From an uncultured virus (IMG/VR IMGVR_UViG_3300025018_000135) (taxonomy: Duplodnaviria; Heunggongvirae; Uroviricota; Caudoviricetes), in the IMG/VR virus record IMGVR_UViG_3300025018_000135: 64,000 nucleotides of DNA, one strand, 5' to 3'. The notes under the pieces are model-generated. The model saw only the letters and a program-made list of their open reading frames with translations, was not told the DNA's origin and did no database searches. Shown piece after piece: positions 20,325 through 30,399 of the stretch (positions within the stretch are counted from its first letter, which is position 1; each line of letters opens with the position of its first letter). Made by a program: the position numbers and the translations under genes.

Positions 20325-22622
20325 TTATTGGCATACAACACAACCTTCTTCCATGTTGCATACAGGGGCTACAAAGTCTTCGTTTTCTACTGAATCAATC
20401 GGAGTGGTTTTAATTTCTGTACTTTCTGAGCGTAAGTAATAGAAAGTTTTAACTCCGTACCTGTGTCCTAATAAGTAAATTCCCCCTAACGCCTTACCTT
20501 CAATGTTTTCTTTTACCCAAACGTTAGTAGACTGAGACTGATCTACGTAAATTTGTCTAACTGCTGCGGACAGTACAACCCAAGTCATGTCTACTTCGCG
20601 GGCAACTTTGATAAGATGTTCTTTGGCAGTACCTTTTAGTTTTCTAACCAAAGGACTTGCTACGTCAAAGGTTCCAGACATATTCCCTTTTTCATAATAA
20701 TTATCAAAAGGAAGTTCTGTGCAGTTAGTAGTGTCACAAATATTAGCAATAGTTGCAGTTGGGGCAATGGCTAATAGCTGAGAGTTTCGCATACCTTGTG
20801 TGGATTTTTTACGCAAGGTATCCCAAGGCATAGTTTGTATTTCAGAAAGACTAGATACACCAAGCCTCTCGATTATAAGTTTATTCGCAGTATCAAATGG
20901 AAGTTCTCCTTTTGACCACTGTGAGTCTTCAAATCTTGGGAAAGAACCTTTTTCTACAGCAAGGTCTGCTGAAGTATCAATTGCCCAGAAAGATATTTTT
21001 TCAAATAATTCATGTGCTGCATTTAAATGTTCTTCACTTTCAAAATCAATTCCGTTTTCTGTTAACCATTCGGTATAGCCCATTACCCCAAGACCCAAAG
21101 GTCGGTCTGCTTTATTAAAACTTTTTCCATTTTCATGGGGCAAGAATCCAATCTCTACAGCATTATCAATCATCCTCACGCCAAGTCTTACAGCTTCTTC
21201 AATTTCAGCCAGAGTAACATTTTGTGCAAGGTTTACTGAACCTAAATTACATACAGCACTAGTATCACCATGATTAGTTCTTAAAGTAATTTCCGTACAT
21301 AAGTTACTACTATGAATAACACCATAACCGCGAGTCATGCTGCGACGGTTACATTCGTCTTTAAAGCAAGGCCATCCCATTCCTTGATCGTTAAACAAAC
21401 AAGTCAGCATTGCGTTCCAAAGTCTCTTGGCTTTGATCTGTTTAATAGCTTTTCCTTCTTGTTCGTAATAAACGTATTTTTCTTCAAATTCTTTTCCGTA
21501 CAAGTCTTTCAAATCAGGAGTATCATACGGAGAAAAAAGACTCCACATTTCGTTATTATTTACACGTTCTATAAAAAGATCATTAATCCAATTAGCTAAG
21601 AAAAGGTCAGGAGTTCTGCGTCTTGGATCACCACTTGATTTAGCAAGCTGCAAAAACTCTTCAATGTCTGCGTGCCAAGGCTCTAAATAAACAGCACAAG
21701 AGCCTGCTCTTTTACCACTCTGATCGAAACCTAACATGGTGCTTTCAATCATTTTTGCATAAGGTACTACACCACCTGCAACACCTTTAGTTGATTTAAT
21801 GAAAGAACCTTTCGCTCTTAGTGGCGTAAGAGACATTGCAGTGCCGCCACTAAATTTAGAATACTGAGCGGCTTCCTCTATAGAGTCAAAAATCTCAGTA
21901 ATACCATCACCAATTTCCATCAAGAAACAAGATGACAATTGTGGATGTAGTGTACCTGCGTTAAATAAAGTAGGAGTTGAAGACATAAAACGCATAGTAG
22001 ACAAGATATTATAGAAACGAATAGCCCAATCTGTAGCAGCTTTTTTCTTTTCAGCTAATGCAAGGCCCATTGCTACTCGCATAAAGAAGTGCTGCGGCTT
22101 TTCTCTAACGACACCACTCAGATCAGAAAGCAAATATCTGTCAGCTAAAGTAGTTAGACTCATATAGCTAATTTTGAAGTCTCTATCTTTTACAATAGCC
22201 CTGTTAATTTTTTCAAGGTCAAAATGCTTTAAAAGTTTTGGTGAAAGAATTTCCTGTTCTACCATAGGCTCAATATAATCTTTAATGTGGCTGTACTTGA
22301 TAGAGTTATTAGCATTTTTGTAAATCTTTTGAAGAATCAAACGTGCGGAGAAATAAGACCAGTCGTGATTTACCTTAATCATAGTAGCTGCAAGTGCAGC
22401 AAGTTTTTCTTGAATATCGTCTGTGCTAATGCCGTCGAATACTGGTAGAGTCTCTGGTTTGTAAATCTGCCGGTAATCAATATCTAAATTAGTTGATGCC
22501 CAAATTAAGCAACGCTCAATCTTGGAAAGATCAAGTAGCTCTTTCTCCCCGTTCCGTTTGGTGACGTAGATTGTTCTGCTCTCAGTTGCTTCTTTTGCAT
22601 TAATAGCTTGAACTTCTGTCAT
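20325..22622 (-). CDS. nrdA: Ribonucleotide reductase class Ia alpha subunit with ATP cone
   Basis: VTKRNG ATP cone, STPTLFNAG, LSSC, SNLCTEI, CNLGS, APTA, TFYYLR, C-terminal CVVCQ. Confidence 0.97.
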   Translation of the reverse strand: MTEVQAINAKEATESRTIYVTKRNGEKELLDLSKIERCLIWASTNLDIDYRQIYKPETLPVFDGISTDDIQEKLAALAATMIKVNHDWSYFSARLILQKIYKNANNSIKYSHIKDYIEPMVEQEILSPKLLKHFDLEKINRAIVKDRDFKISYMSLTTLADRYLLSDLSGVVREKPQHFFMRVAMGLALAEKKKAATDWAIRFYNILSTMRFMSSTPTLFNAGTLHPQLSSCFLMEIGDGITEIFDSIEEAAQYSKFSGGTAMSLTPLRAKGSFIKSTKGVAGGVVPYAKMIESTMLGFDQSGKRAGSCAVYLEPWHADIEEFLQLAKSSGDPRRRTPDLFLANWINDLFIERVNNNEMWSLFSPYDTPDLKDLYGKEFEEKYVYYEQEGKAIKQIKAKRLWNAMLTCLFNDQGMGWPCFKDECNRRSMTRGYGVIHSSNLCTEITLRTNHGDTSAVCNLGSVNLAQNVTLAEIEEAVRLGVRMIDNAVEIGFLPHENGKSFNKADRPLGLGVMGYTEWLTENGIDFESEEHLNAAHELFEKISFWAIDTSADLAVEKGSFPRFEDSQWSKGELPFDTANKLIIERLGVSSLSEIQTMPWDTLRKKSTQGMRNSQLLAIAPTATIANICDTTNCTELPFDNYYEKGNMSGTFDVASPLVRKLKGTAKEHLIKVAREVDMTWVVLSAAVRQIYVDQSQSTNVWVKENIEGKALGGIYLLGHRYGVKTFYYLRSESTEIKTTPIDSVENEDFVAPVCNMEEGCVVCQ

Positions 22623-22631
22623 TTTAACCTC

Positions 22632-23381
22632 TTACTTCTTTGTTAAATTGATTTGTTTATTTACCTTATTGGTCTGCTTGGTGTTTTTGAACTTCAAAAG
22701 ATACTTAACGTCAAACTTTGCAACGTTGTACTTTTTCAAAAGTTCTTTGATATCTTTTGTCTCTGCTGCAAGTATAGTCCTAAGTTTCTCTACGTCTTCA
22801 CTATGTAAGTAGTCACGTAAAGAATTTCCTTTCCTTAAATTTGTATCCTTTAATAACACTTCTAGTGTCTTATCTTTTGAGTACAGCCAATGAAAGACCT
22901 TATTTTTTATTTCCTCTCTCCTTTCTTTGTTTTGTATTGAGTAAAGGTTGGTGAATATAGTAGACAACACACTTACAGGCTGTTTCTTGAACAGGTTTTC
23001 GTATATGTCTAAGTCTTTTATTCGCAGTCTCTTATAAGGATAGGTTGCTTTACTTACAAGACACTCCTGAATTTCAGAATCAGACAAATTAAAAAAATCA
23101 GTCTTCATAGAGGATTGCATTCGAGTATCTACCATAACAATACCAGACACTCGTTTTAAATTAACTGCTAAGTCTGTTATAAAAATTATACAGTTATCAG
23201 ATACCTTATCTACGTGTTTACTTAAAAAGTCAACAGAATTGAATACTGCTAACGTGCTGTCGGATAAATCTTCGACGTTATCTCGGCCTTGTAAAAATAT
23301 TTTCGATCGTGGTTTGTACTTCTTAATACACTTAAAAAGATCAATGTGGTTTGTGTTGGAGAATCCGTAGACTGGTTTCAT
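22632..23381 (-). CDS. Hypothetical protein in replication cluster
   Basis: 249-aa ORF between nrdA and the SbcC-like gene. Confidence 0.55.
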   Translation of the reverse strand: MKPVYGFSNTNHIDLFKCIKKYKPRSKIFLQGRDNVEDLSDSTLAVFNSVDFLSKHVDKVSDNCIIFITDLAVNLKRVSGIVMVDTRMQSSMKTDFFNLSDSEIQECLVSKATYPYKRLRIKDLDIYENLFKKQPVSVLSTIFTNLYSIQNKERREEIKNKVFHWLYSKDKTLEVLLKDTNLRKGNSLRDYLHSEDVEKLRTILAAETKDIKELLKKYNVAKFDVKYLLKFKNTKQTNKVNKQINLTKK

Positions 23382-23385
23382 AAAA

Positions 23386-25761
23386 TTAGCCTCCCTGCAA
23401 AGAAGAATAACCGTTCTGCTTTACAACGGTATACTCTTTCTGATTAGGGTAGTTATCATCTAACGGAGTTACAACAATTATATGCTCAATTACTTTACAG
23501 AGTTTTGGTATAAAACTATTCATAAAAAGATTTTTTGTACTGTTGTCAAGATTCACTGTAGGTTCATCTAACACCATTACGTTCAGTCTTTTATTTTTAG
23601 GAATTAATGGGAGGATTGCTAACGGAAGTAAAAAACTAAAACCCCGACCTTCTGCACCTGACAAACGCCTCACGTCCGAAACCCTCACCTTTTTCTTGTA
23701 TTTTCTTTCCATGTAAATATCAAAACGGTTTTCACTAACTTCAAACTTAAAGGTGATAGGCTCTTTGTAAATTAAAGGTGCGTAATGATTCATATTTCTT
23801 TCAATCATTTTAGCAATTTGTCTTACTACAATCAGTTTAAGACCTTTGTTTGAATAGGCATCTACCAACAGTTCTAAAACCGGAACGTCTTTCAGTGCTT
23901 CTTCTAATTCTATTTTTTGCTTATTCAGTTTCTCTAATTTTTTCTTATTTATTTTTACGTTTTCGAGTTGTGCAGAGACTTCAGGTATTTGATTGTTTGT
24001 TTTACTAACAGATTCTTTACGACCTTCTACTTCTTCTAATAAACTCTTGTATTGTTGTTTTATTTCTTTGTAGTCTGTATTTAACATAGTATCAAATACA
24101 GAGGATATTACGCCAGATAACTCTAGCCATTTTTCTAGTGAGCTTAACCTAGAGGAATCAATGTCTTTCGGCTTTTCCACTCTTTTTGGTTTTTTCAAAC
24201 CTTTTAATTTGACTTTGCAATCTTTATAGTCTTCATACATATCAGCGTGTTTCTTTAACTTCTTTGTTGTAGCCTTCAATTCTTCTACTTGGGATTTCTT
24301 TCGTTCGTATACTGCCTTTTCTTCTTCGTATTTTTCAAGCAAAGGTTTAGTTTCATAATAAATTGAAACAGAGGACAACTTTGCAATCATGGAAGAATGT
24401 TTGCCGAAATCTGAGGCTAGGGTTTCAGACTTCTTTTCAATAGATTCAATTAATTTTTGTGTCTGTTTCTTATCCAGAGGCTGCTGGCAAGTAGGGCATT
24501 CCTTTTCTTTAACCAGTTCGGACAGAGCGTTTATAGCTTTAGTGTTGTTGTTTAACTCTGATCTACAGTCTGAAGCTTTTTCTTGATAAGATTCTATTAG
24601 TTTTTCAACATCTTTTTGCTTAACTTTTAATTCTTTCGCCAGCGCCCGCGCACGGGTGAAGTGTTCTGCGTTGTATTCTGGTTTGCTGGGAGGTTGAATT
24701 GAGTCTAGTTCTTTATAATCTTTACAAGCTTTCAAGTACTTACTGTATGCGTCAGTGTCTAACGTCTTCTTAGCTTTTTTATAGGCTTCAAACAATTTCG
24801 TCTTAGTACGTTCATAAGACTTCAACTCACTTAAATAGTCTTGGTACTCGTTTATCTCTTTCTCTAAAGACTTTATATGTTTAATTTCTTGAGAGACTTT
24901 TTTAGCTAGTTTATCTATGTGCCTTCCCTTTGAAACTTTCAGACCCAGCGACTCACTTACTTCTAAGAAAGACTGAAATACTTTTCTATTGGCCTTAACA
25001 GTATTATATTTGTTTGAAACAGAGTGGTAGAAACCAATAAGTTTATTATAAGAGTCTTGGTTAATAACTAAGGCTTGAAGTTTTGACTCTAGTTTTCTCT
25101 CTTCTGGAAGCTTGCTTAGTTCATCTTCAATATCTTTTATCTCTCTTACTATAATCTCCAGCCTCTGACTATCCTTGTTTTTTAAACCTGTTAGCATTCC
25201 ATTTAGTTGCTTGCGTATTTGATCGTAAGAATTGAGCTTAAATAGGTTTGTAAAGAACGCCAAACGTTCAGTAGCCGAACCGAACTGAAGGGGGTTTGCG
25301 CGTCTTGAGTCAATGTAATAAAGAGTAAAAAATTCTTCTTCAGTATAAGGAAAAAACTTTTTAATCCTATCTACTGCATTCTGCATACCGCGAATCTTGG
25401 TGTCCTTTCCGTCTTCTACAATAGCGTACTCTAAAGACTTTCCTTTTGCTTTCTTGTGTAGAACTACATTCTTTTTAGCAGAAGTGAAATCCAGAATAAT
25501 TTCACTTCCTTTCTCTGCAAAAAAATCTTTCTTAGCGCGTGACTTAATTTCTTGCGTAACTGCGTCTGTGTCTACAATAATGTTAGCAAGCGCAGACATA
25601 AGAAGACTTTTACCGGAGCCGTTTGTGTTATCCTCTTCATTGGTTCTATCTGCGTCTTTGTTAAAACCACGAATAACAGTAACGCCTTTATTATTTAACG
25701 GAAGTGTTGCGTCTTTAAATAGAACAATGTTTTTTAGCGTTAGTGAATTCAACTGCGGCAT
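23386..25761 (-). CDS. SbcC/Rad50-like SMC ATPase (T4 gp46-like)
   Basis: Walker A NGSGKS, long coiled coil, zinc hook CPTC, signature LSGAE, Walker B VLDEP. Confidence 0.92.
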   Translation of the reverse strand: MPQLNSLTLKNIVLFKDATLPLNNKGVTVIRGFNKDADRTNEEDNTNGSGKSLLMSALANIIVDTDAVTQEIKSRAKKDFFAEKGSEIILDFTSAKKNVVLHKKAKGKSLEYAIVEDGKDTKIRGMQNAVDRIKKFFPYTEEEFFTLYYIDSRRANPLQFGSATERLAFFTNLFKLNSYDQIRKQLNGMLTGLKNKDSQRLEIIVREIKDIEDELSKLPEERKLESKLQALVINQDSYNKLIGFYHSVSNKYNTVKANRKVFQSFLEVSESLGLKVSKGRHIDKLAKKVSQEIKHIKSLEKEINEYQDYLSELKSYERTKTKLFEAYKKAKKTLDTDAYSKYLKACKDYKELDSIQPPSKPEYNAEHFTRARALAKELKVKQKDVEKLIESYQEKASDCRSELNNNTKAINALSELVKEKECPTCQQPLDKKQTQKLIESIEKKSETLASDFGKHSSMIAKLSSVSIYYETKPLLEKYEEEKAVYERKKSQVEELKATTKKLKKHADMYEDYKDCKVKLKGLKKPKRVEKPKDIDSSRLSSLEKWLELSGVISSVFDTMLNTDYKEIKQQYKSLLEEVEGRKESVSKTNNQIPEVSAQLENVKINKKKLEKLNKQKIELEEALKDVPVLELLVDAYSNKGLKLIVVRQIAKMIERNMNHYAPLIYKEPITFKFEVSENRFDIYMERKYKKKVRVSDVRRLSGAEGRGFSFLLPLAILPLIPKNKRLNVMVLDEPTVNLDNSTKNLFMNSFIPKLCKVIEHIIVVTPLDDNYPNQKEYTVVKQNGYSSLQGG

Positions 25762-25780
25762 TACAAGTTCCTCTTGGTAT

Positions 25781-26908
25781 TTAGTTTTTTCCTATAAATA
25801 TCTTACTCACTTTTACTATTTCAGAAGTTACGATAGCACGGGGGTTAGCTAAAAAAGTTCCTAACTGAACTTTAATGTTGTTAAGAGCCTCTAATATTTC
25901 GTAAACTTTCAAATTGTATGGCTCAATTTTTTCTTCAGAAAGCTGTTTAACATAGTTAAGATTCTGAGACGTGTGCCAAACGTTCTTGTGAGAATTAACT
26001 GTTCCAGAGTCTAACTGGTACATTACAAGATAAGTCATTTTATTAGTAAGTGAGTTGAAGTCACTCACGTCTAATAAAAGCTTATGCAACCTTTTAGGAT
26101 TGCCCTGCTGGCAGGCCACTAAGACTCCAATGGCAATTTCATCATCAGTCGAAGTGCCTGACTTCAAAACATGTTTCTTGATAAGACTTTCTGCTTCTTT
26201 TTGTGTTTCACAGGATTCTATTAACTGAAAGGCAGATTCTAAGGATTCAACAGCAAGTCTTACACAACCGCCTGAATTTTGGGCAATAGCTTTAATTGAA
26301 GACTTTGAAATTTCTATTCCTTCTTTTTTACTTATTTTATAAAGTCTCTTTGCAATGTCAGAAGCAGATGGATTTTCTAAATAAAAACGACTGCATCTGG
26401 TAAGCAAAGCATTATCGAGTTTTTCAGGCTCCATTGAGCATAGAATAAAAATAACGTGTGTCGGCGGTTCTTCTAGTGCTTTTAAAATTGCTTGTTGTGC
26501 CTGTGGAGTAAGCTGCTGAACTTCGTCTAGAATAACAATTCTATATTTTCCTACAGAAGGTTTGTAGCGTAAAGACTCTAGTAGATTTCTAGCGTCTTCA
26601 ATTGTTCGGGTGTTAGCTGCATTAATTTCATTTACATCGGGATGGCCGTCTTTTGAAAGAAAAAGTTTGCAAGACTCACACTTGCCACAAAAGTTTTGTT
26701 CTGTGCAATTAACGTAGGCTGCAAAAATTCTGGCTAGAGTTGTTTTACCTGTGCCTGTCATTCCTAGAAAAGCCAAGGAGTTGGGAATTTTTCCTGACTT
26801 TAAAATACCCTCAATTCTTTTAACTTCAGATTCATGTCCACAAACATCCTTCAACTTCTTTGGTCTATATTTGTTCGCTAGGCTCATTACTGCCTCCTGA
26901 TACTTCAA
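25781..26908 (-). CDS. Clamp-loader AAA+ subunit, DnaX (gamma/tau)-like
   Basis: LANKYRPK, GMTGTGKTT, C4 zinc module, EINAA, ILDEV, LEEPP, TRC. Confidence 0.92.
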   Translation of the reverse strand: MKYQEAVMSLANKYRPKKLKDVCGHESEVKRIEGILKSGKIPNSLAFLGMTGTGKTTLARIFAAYVNCTEQNFCGKCESCKLFLSKDGHPDVNEINAANTRTIEDARNLLESLRYKPSVGKYRIVILDEVQQLTPQAQQAILKALEEPPTHVIFILCSMEPEKLDNALLTRCSRFYLENPSASDIAKRLYKISKKEGIEISKSSIKAIAQNSGGCVRLAVESLESAFQLIESCETQKEAESLIKKHVLKSGTSTDDEIAIGVLVACQQGNPKRLHKLLLDVSDFNSLTNKMTYLVMYQLDSGTVNSHKNVWHTSQNLNYVKQLSEEKIEPYNLKVYEILEALNNIKVQLGTFLANPRAIVTSEIVKVSKIFIGKN

Positions 26909-26958
26909 AGGATACTACATTATAGACTTTACCATCTATTATTAAAACATATCTATAG

Positions 26959-27534
26959 TTAAGCATCTTTCACCTTATATTTTAGTTCTATCAAAGTGAT
27001 TCTTTCATATTCATCGTCCTCTATAATTACGTTTTCAAGTTTCTGAAAAGATATCTCGTTTACTTTACAGTTAAATTCTTCCTCTGTGTCTCTCACTCCT
27101 AGAGCTACGAAAGGAAGGTAAAGAGAGATAACGTCACCTAAATAAAGTTTCTCTCCGCGAAATAAAAAGGATTCATCAACAAAAGACACTTTCGATTTTT
27201 TAGTGAGTTCCTGCTTTAGTTTGTTAACATGAAAAAATACAGGTTTCTCTGTGTCTGAGCGCAAAGACCTTTTGAAGGAACGGTACATAGGCTTTAGAGA
27301 TTTTATTAGGTCACGTTCTGGTAAGCCTATGCTATACACATCGTCCATTTTGTCTAAGAATACAGCCTCTCTTTTTATACAGCCTTTCAGAGCTTCTTTG
27401 GACATATCAGTTTTTACGAAGGAATAAAAAATAGATTTCTTTGCAGTGTCAATTAGTGAGTAAAAAACTTCCATTACTTCATAAAGGTCTTCGTCACTGG
27501 AATAAATCTTTTCAACTAAAAAATTTTCAGGCAC
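26959..27534 (-). CDS. Hypothetical protein
   Basis: 191-aa ORF in the gene run. Confidence 0.5.
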   Translation of the reverse strand: MPENFLVEKIYSSDEDLYEVMEVFYSLIDTAKKSIFYSFVKTDMSKEALKGCIKREAVFLDKMDDVYSIGLPERDLIKSLKPMYRSFKRSLRSDTEKPVFFHVNKLKQELTKKSKVSFVDESFLFRGEKLYLGDVISLYLPFVALGVRDTEEEFNCKVNEISFQKLENVIIEDDEYERITLIELKYKVKDA

Positions 27535-27537
27535 TTA

Positions 27538-27900
27538 CTACCTCCGCTTTTCTAATTTTCTCGACACTTCCTTTATATGCTCTTGAATGGAAAGACCTGT
27601 ATTAGCAACTACCTGAACAGCTCTATCATCCCAGAGTTCTACCATTCCAAAATCTTTTACGTTGGTAATTTCTAAGTGACCTATACCGTGTTTTTCTAGC
27701 CATTTTTTGACATGAATTACTTGGTGAGGGTCACTGGCTCTAGCTGTAAATATTTTTACTTCAATACCTTTACTAATCCATGCTTTGACTTTTTCCATCA
27801 TCTTAGGAACAGGCTCCCCTACATGTGAAGCTCCTTTCCAACCATCGTAATGTGCTAAAGTACCGTCGAGGTCAACACCAATCCAACCGCCCATTTTCAA
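27538..27900 (-). CDS. HAD-family phosphatase (polynucleotide 3'-phosphatase-like)
   Basis: IGVDLDGTL, IFTAR, WDDRA. Confidence 0.85.
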   Translation of the reverse strand: MKMGGWIGVDLDGTLAHYDGWKGASHVGEPVPKMMEKVKAWISKGIEVKIFTARASDPHQVIHVKKWLEKHGIGHLEITNVKDFGMVELWDDRAVQVVANTGLSIQEHIKEVSRKLEKRR

Positions 27901-28604
27901 TCCTCCATTATGTAGTTATCAAGATGTTTTATATTATTAACGACAACGGAAACACTTTCCCAGAAAATTTGCGGGTCAATAGAACTGAAACCGAATTTAA
28001 AGTCAAAGTCTAAAGGATTCTTAGCAACTGAAATAACCTTAGACGTACCGTAAATTCTACAAGAGGGTGGTCTAAAGCCATCGTAATATAAAGTCTTTCC
28101 GTTTTTAAAAGTACCTATAACACCTCTTAGAACATCTGAGTGTTTTGAGCTAGGATTAAAAGAGTCAATAAAAGAATCTGGGGAGTCTAAAAAAACACTC
28201 CACGTATTGGCACTTATTAAAACATTTCCAGCAGGTTCTTCGTTTTCTAAAAACCAGTCTGGGTGTACAGTGTTTGCATAGTCTTTGAGTTTAGGCCGAA
28301 AGACTTGTTTATCTAGTGAGAGAAAATGATTAACGATATCCTCAAACTGCTCTTTGAAGTGCTCATAAGACATATCTAAAACTTTTATATGGTTTCTGTG
28401 GTCACGCAGAAAATTAGAGAGTGTCCAGTAAAATTTAGTAGATACGGACGGAAGGGTTAGTCTTGTGATAAAGTTGTTTTTCATGTAAACGTTTAAAATT
28501 TCGTTTACTGTTAGAGTTCTAAATTTATCTAAGTCTTCATGTGACTTTAATTTCGATACTGCGTTGTAAAAATCCCTTTCACCATTATGCTCATTTAAAT
28601 TCAT
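27897..28604 (-). CDS. Hypothetical protein, possibly related to a major-capsid C-terminal region
   Basis: PAGNVLIS...FNPSSKHSDVLRGVIGT...YDGFRPP; the resemblance is from recall only. Confidence 0.4.
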   Translation of the reverse strand: MNLNEHNGERDFYNAVSKLKSHEDLDKFRTLTVNEILNVYMKNNFITRLTLPSVSTKFYWTLSNFLRDHRNHIKVLDMSYEHFKEQFEDIVNHFLSLDKQVFRPKLKDYANTVHPDWFLENEEPAGNVLISANTWSVFLDSPDSFIDSFNPSSKHSDVLRGVIGTFKNGKTLYYDGFRPPSCRIYGTSKVISVAKNPLDFDFKFGFSSIDPQIFWESVSVVVNNIKHLDNYIMED

Positions 28605-29635
28605 GCTATCACCTTGTCTCTCAGGGTTTCTATAATTTGTAATCCACGCTTAACTTGTTTTTTAGTAGCTCCTTTCTCTCTCATAACTTTATCAAGATTC
28701 TCTACAACAGAAGGCAAGCGCACGTCTTGATCGTCAAGTTCTACGAATTCTTCTTCTATCATCGCCTTTAGTTGTTTTTTACTTTCATATCCTTTTATGT
28801 CAACAACGTTATTATATTTTGCTAAGTCGTCTTCTGAAATATCGTAGCTTGAGTGAATGAAGAGTTTATACAGGTAAAGAGGATTCTTTTGTATTTGTTT
28901 TAAATCATGTTTGCTTTCTACAGGAAGGTTAAACATTTTAAAGGCAGGATCGTTTGGAATACGCTTTAATTTCTTTTCTAGTTTTCCACTTTTTAGTCTG
29001 AACTTACCGTGTGTGAAAGACTTAGGAAGACTTTCGCCAAAGTTGGTTTGGTAAAGAGTTCCTACATAATGTGCAGAACCTGCATCGTGAGGTGTATGAA
29101 GGTGTCCCATGATCCAAGTGTGTTTTTTATTAACATCAACTGCTTTTTTAATTACACGACCATTGTCCCCAGTTGAACCTGAAACTTCAAAGTGTCCAAT
29201 GTTAACAGTGTCTGCATAAGATTTTACGTGAGGATACGGAGAAAAATTAATAGGTACTGGAAAAGATTTTTCTAAGTAAGGTTGGTCTAGGAAGTCTACG
29301 TTTGAAAGCATACCTAGTTCGCGCATAACTGAAAAAGGTTGCAGAGAGTGTACGCCCATTTCACTGAAGTCATGGTTTCCTAATAGAGTAAACGTGTGGA
29401 TATTTTTTACTTTCTTTAGGAAACGCATGAACTCAATTATAGCTTCATAAGACAGTCGTGGATGTTCACAGATATCGCCTAGAAGAACTACAGTTTTAAT
29501 ACCGTTTTTAAGAGCGTAGTTGTAGGGTTTTTTAAGTTCATTTATCTGAAGTTCAATGTGATTCTTAGGAAATCTTTTTCTTAGTTTATCAAAGTGCAAA
29601 TCTCCAACAAAAACGCTTTCAAAAACTTCAGGCAT
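28601..29635 (-). CDS. SbcD/Mre11-like metallophosphoesterase nuclease (T4 gp47-like)
   Basis: GDLH, LGD, GNHD, GH, GHLH motifs. Confidence 0.92.
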   Translation of the reverse strand: MPEVFESVFVGDLHFDKLRKRFPKNHIELQINELKKPYNYALKNGIKTVVLLGDICEHPRLSYEAIIEFMRFLKKVKNIHTFTLLGNHDFSEMGVHSLQPFSVMRELGMLSNVDFLDQPYLEKSFPVPINFSPYPHVKSYADTVNIGHFEVSGSTGDNGRVIKKAVDVNKKHTWIMGHLHTPHDAGSAHYVGTLYQTNFGESLPKSFTHGKFRLKSGKLEKKLKRIPNDPAFKMFNLPVESKHDLKQIQKNPLYLYKLFIHSSYDISEDDLAKYNNVVDIKGYESKKQLKAMIEEEFVELDDQDVRLPSVVENLDKVMREKGATKKQVKRGLQIIETLRDKVIA

Positions 29636-30287
29636 TACTAGACTCCTTAAACTTTATATAATTAGCTTCAACTTCTTTCTTTAATTCAGGGTCGATTATA
29701 TTATCATCTGCGTCAACGTCTACGTAAATAGATTCAAATTCAGACGGAATAAAAGGAAGTTCAATCAACTTTTTACTTTTCCCTGAAGTGTATCCACAGC
29801 CATTAGGGTCACGAAAAATATAGCCGTCTAGATGGTAAATTATACCATTAGACTTAAATAAAGCGCCGCACAAGACATGTTGGTACTGGCCGTCTCCAAT
29901 TTCCATCCATTGTTCGTCTTTGTCTTCGCAGGGAACGACAGAGGTAAACAACATAAAATTAGAAATAAGTTTTTGGATATAGTGAATTGAACTTCCACTA
30001 TGACCTTGCGAACTCAGGACTCTCAAAAGATCAAACGTATTTTGTTGAATCCATTGATTAGGGCCGTCGGTTTCGCCGTCATCGTCAACATCCTTATAAC
30101 CCAGTAACTCAAATTGCTTTTTTGCAAATTTAATGTAGGCAGAGTCTTTCTCTCCATAAAGACGCATAGATAAGTCAAAAAACATTCTAGCCATGCGATG
30201 CTTTACATAATGAACTTTATCTCTAATTTTAAATTTAAGACTAGTAAAAGCTCTGGGTTTAACAACGTATAGTTCGGGGGGAATCAC
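29628..30287 (-). CDS. Hypothetical phage protein
   Basis: 219-aa ORF with a QGHSGSS motif. Confidence 0.55.
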   Translation of the reverse strand: MIPPELYVVKPRAFTSLKFKIRDKVHYVKHRMARMFFDLSMRLYGEKDSAYIKFAKKQFELLGYKDVDDDGETDGPNQWIQQNTFDLLRVLSSQGHSGSSIHYIQKLISNFMLFTSVVPCEDKDEQWMEIGDGQYQHVLCGALFKSNGIIYHLDGYIFRDPNGCGYTSGKSKKLIELPFIPSEFESIYVDVDADDNIIDPELKKEVEANYIKFKESSNA

Positions 30288-30399
30288 TCATTTTATTTCT
30301 CCTGTTTTTAACCAACGTTTTGATCTTTTATTTTATTCATCTTTTTAAGACAATCGCCTTGCATTAACCAAAGCTGTTTGTCTTTGTAGTCTTTCATTT

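Noticed and set aside
19262..22622. Introns or inteins in nrdA/nrdB
   Set aside because: Both ORFs are continuous and of normal length, with no intein motifs seen.
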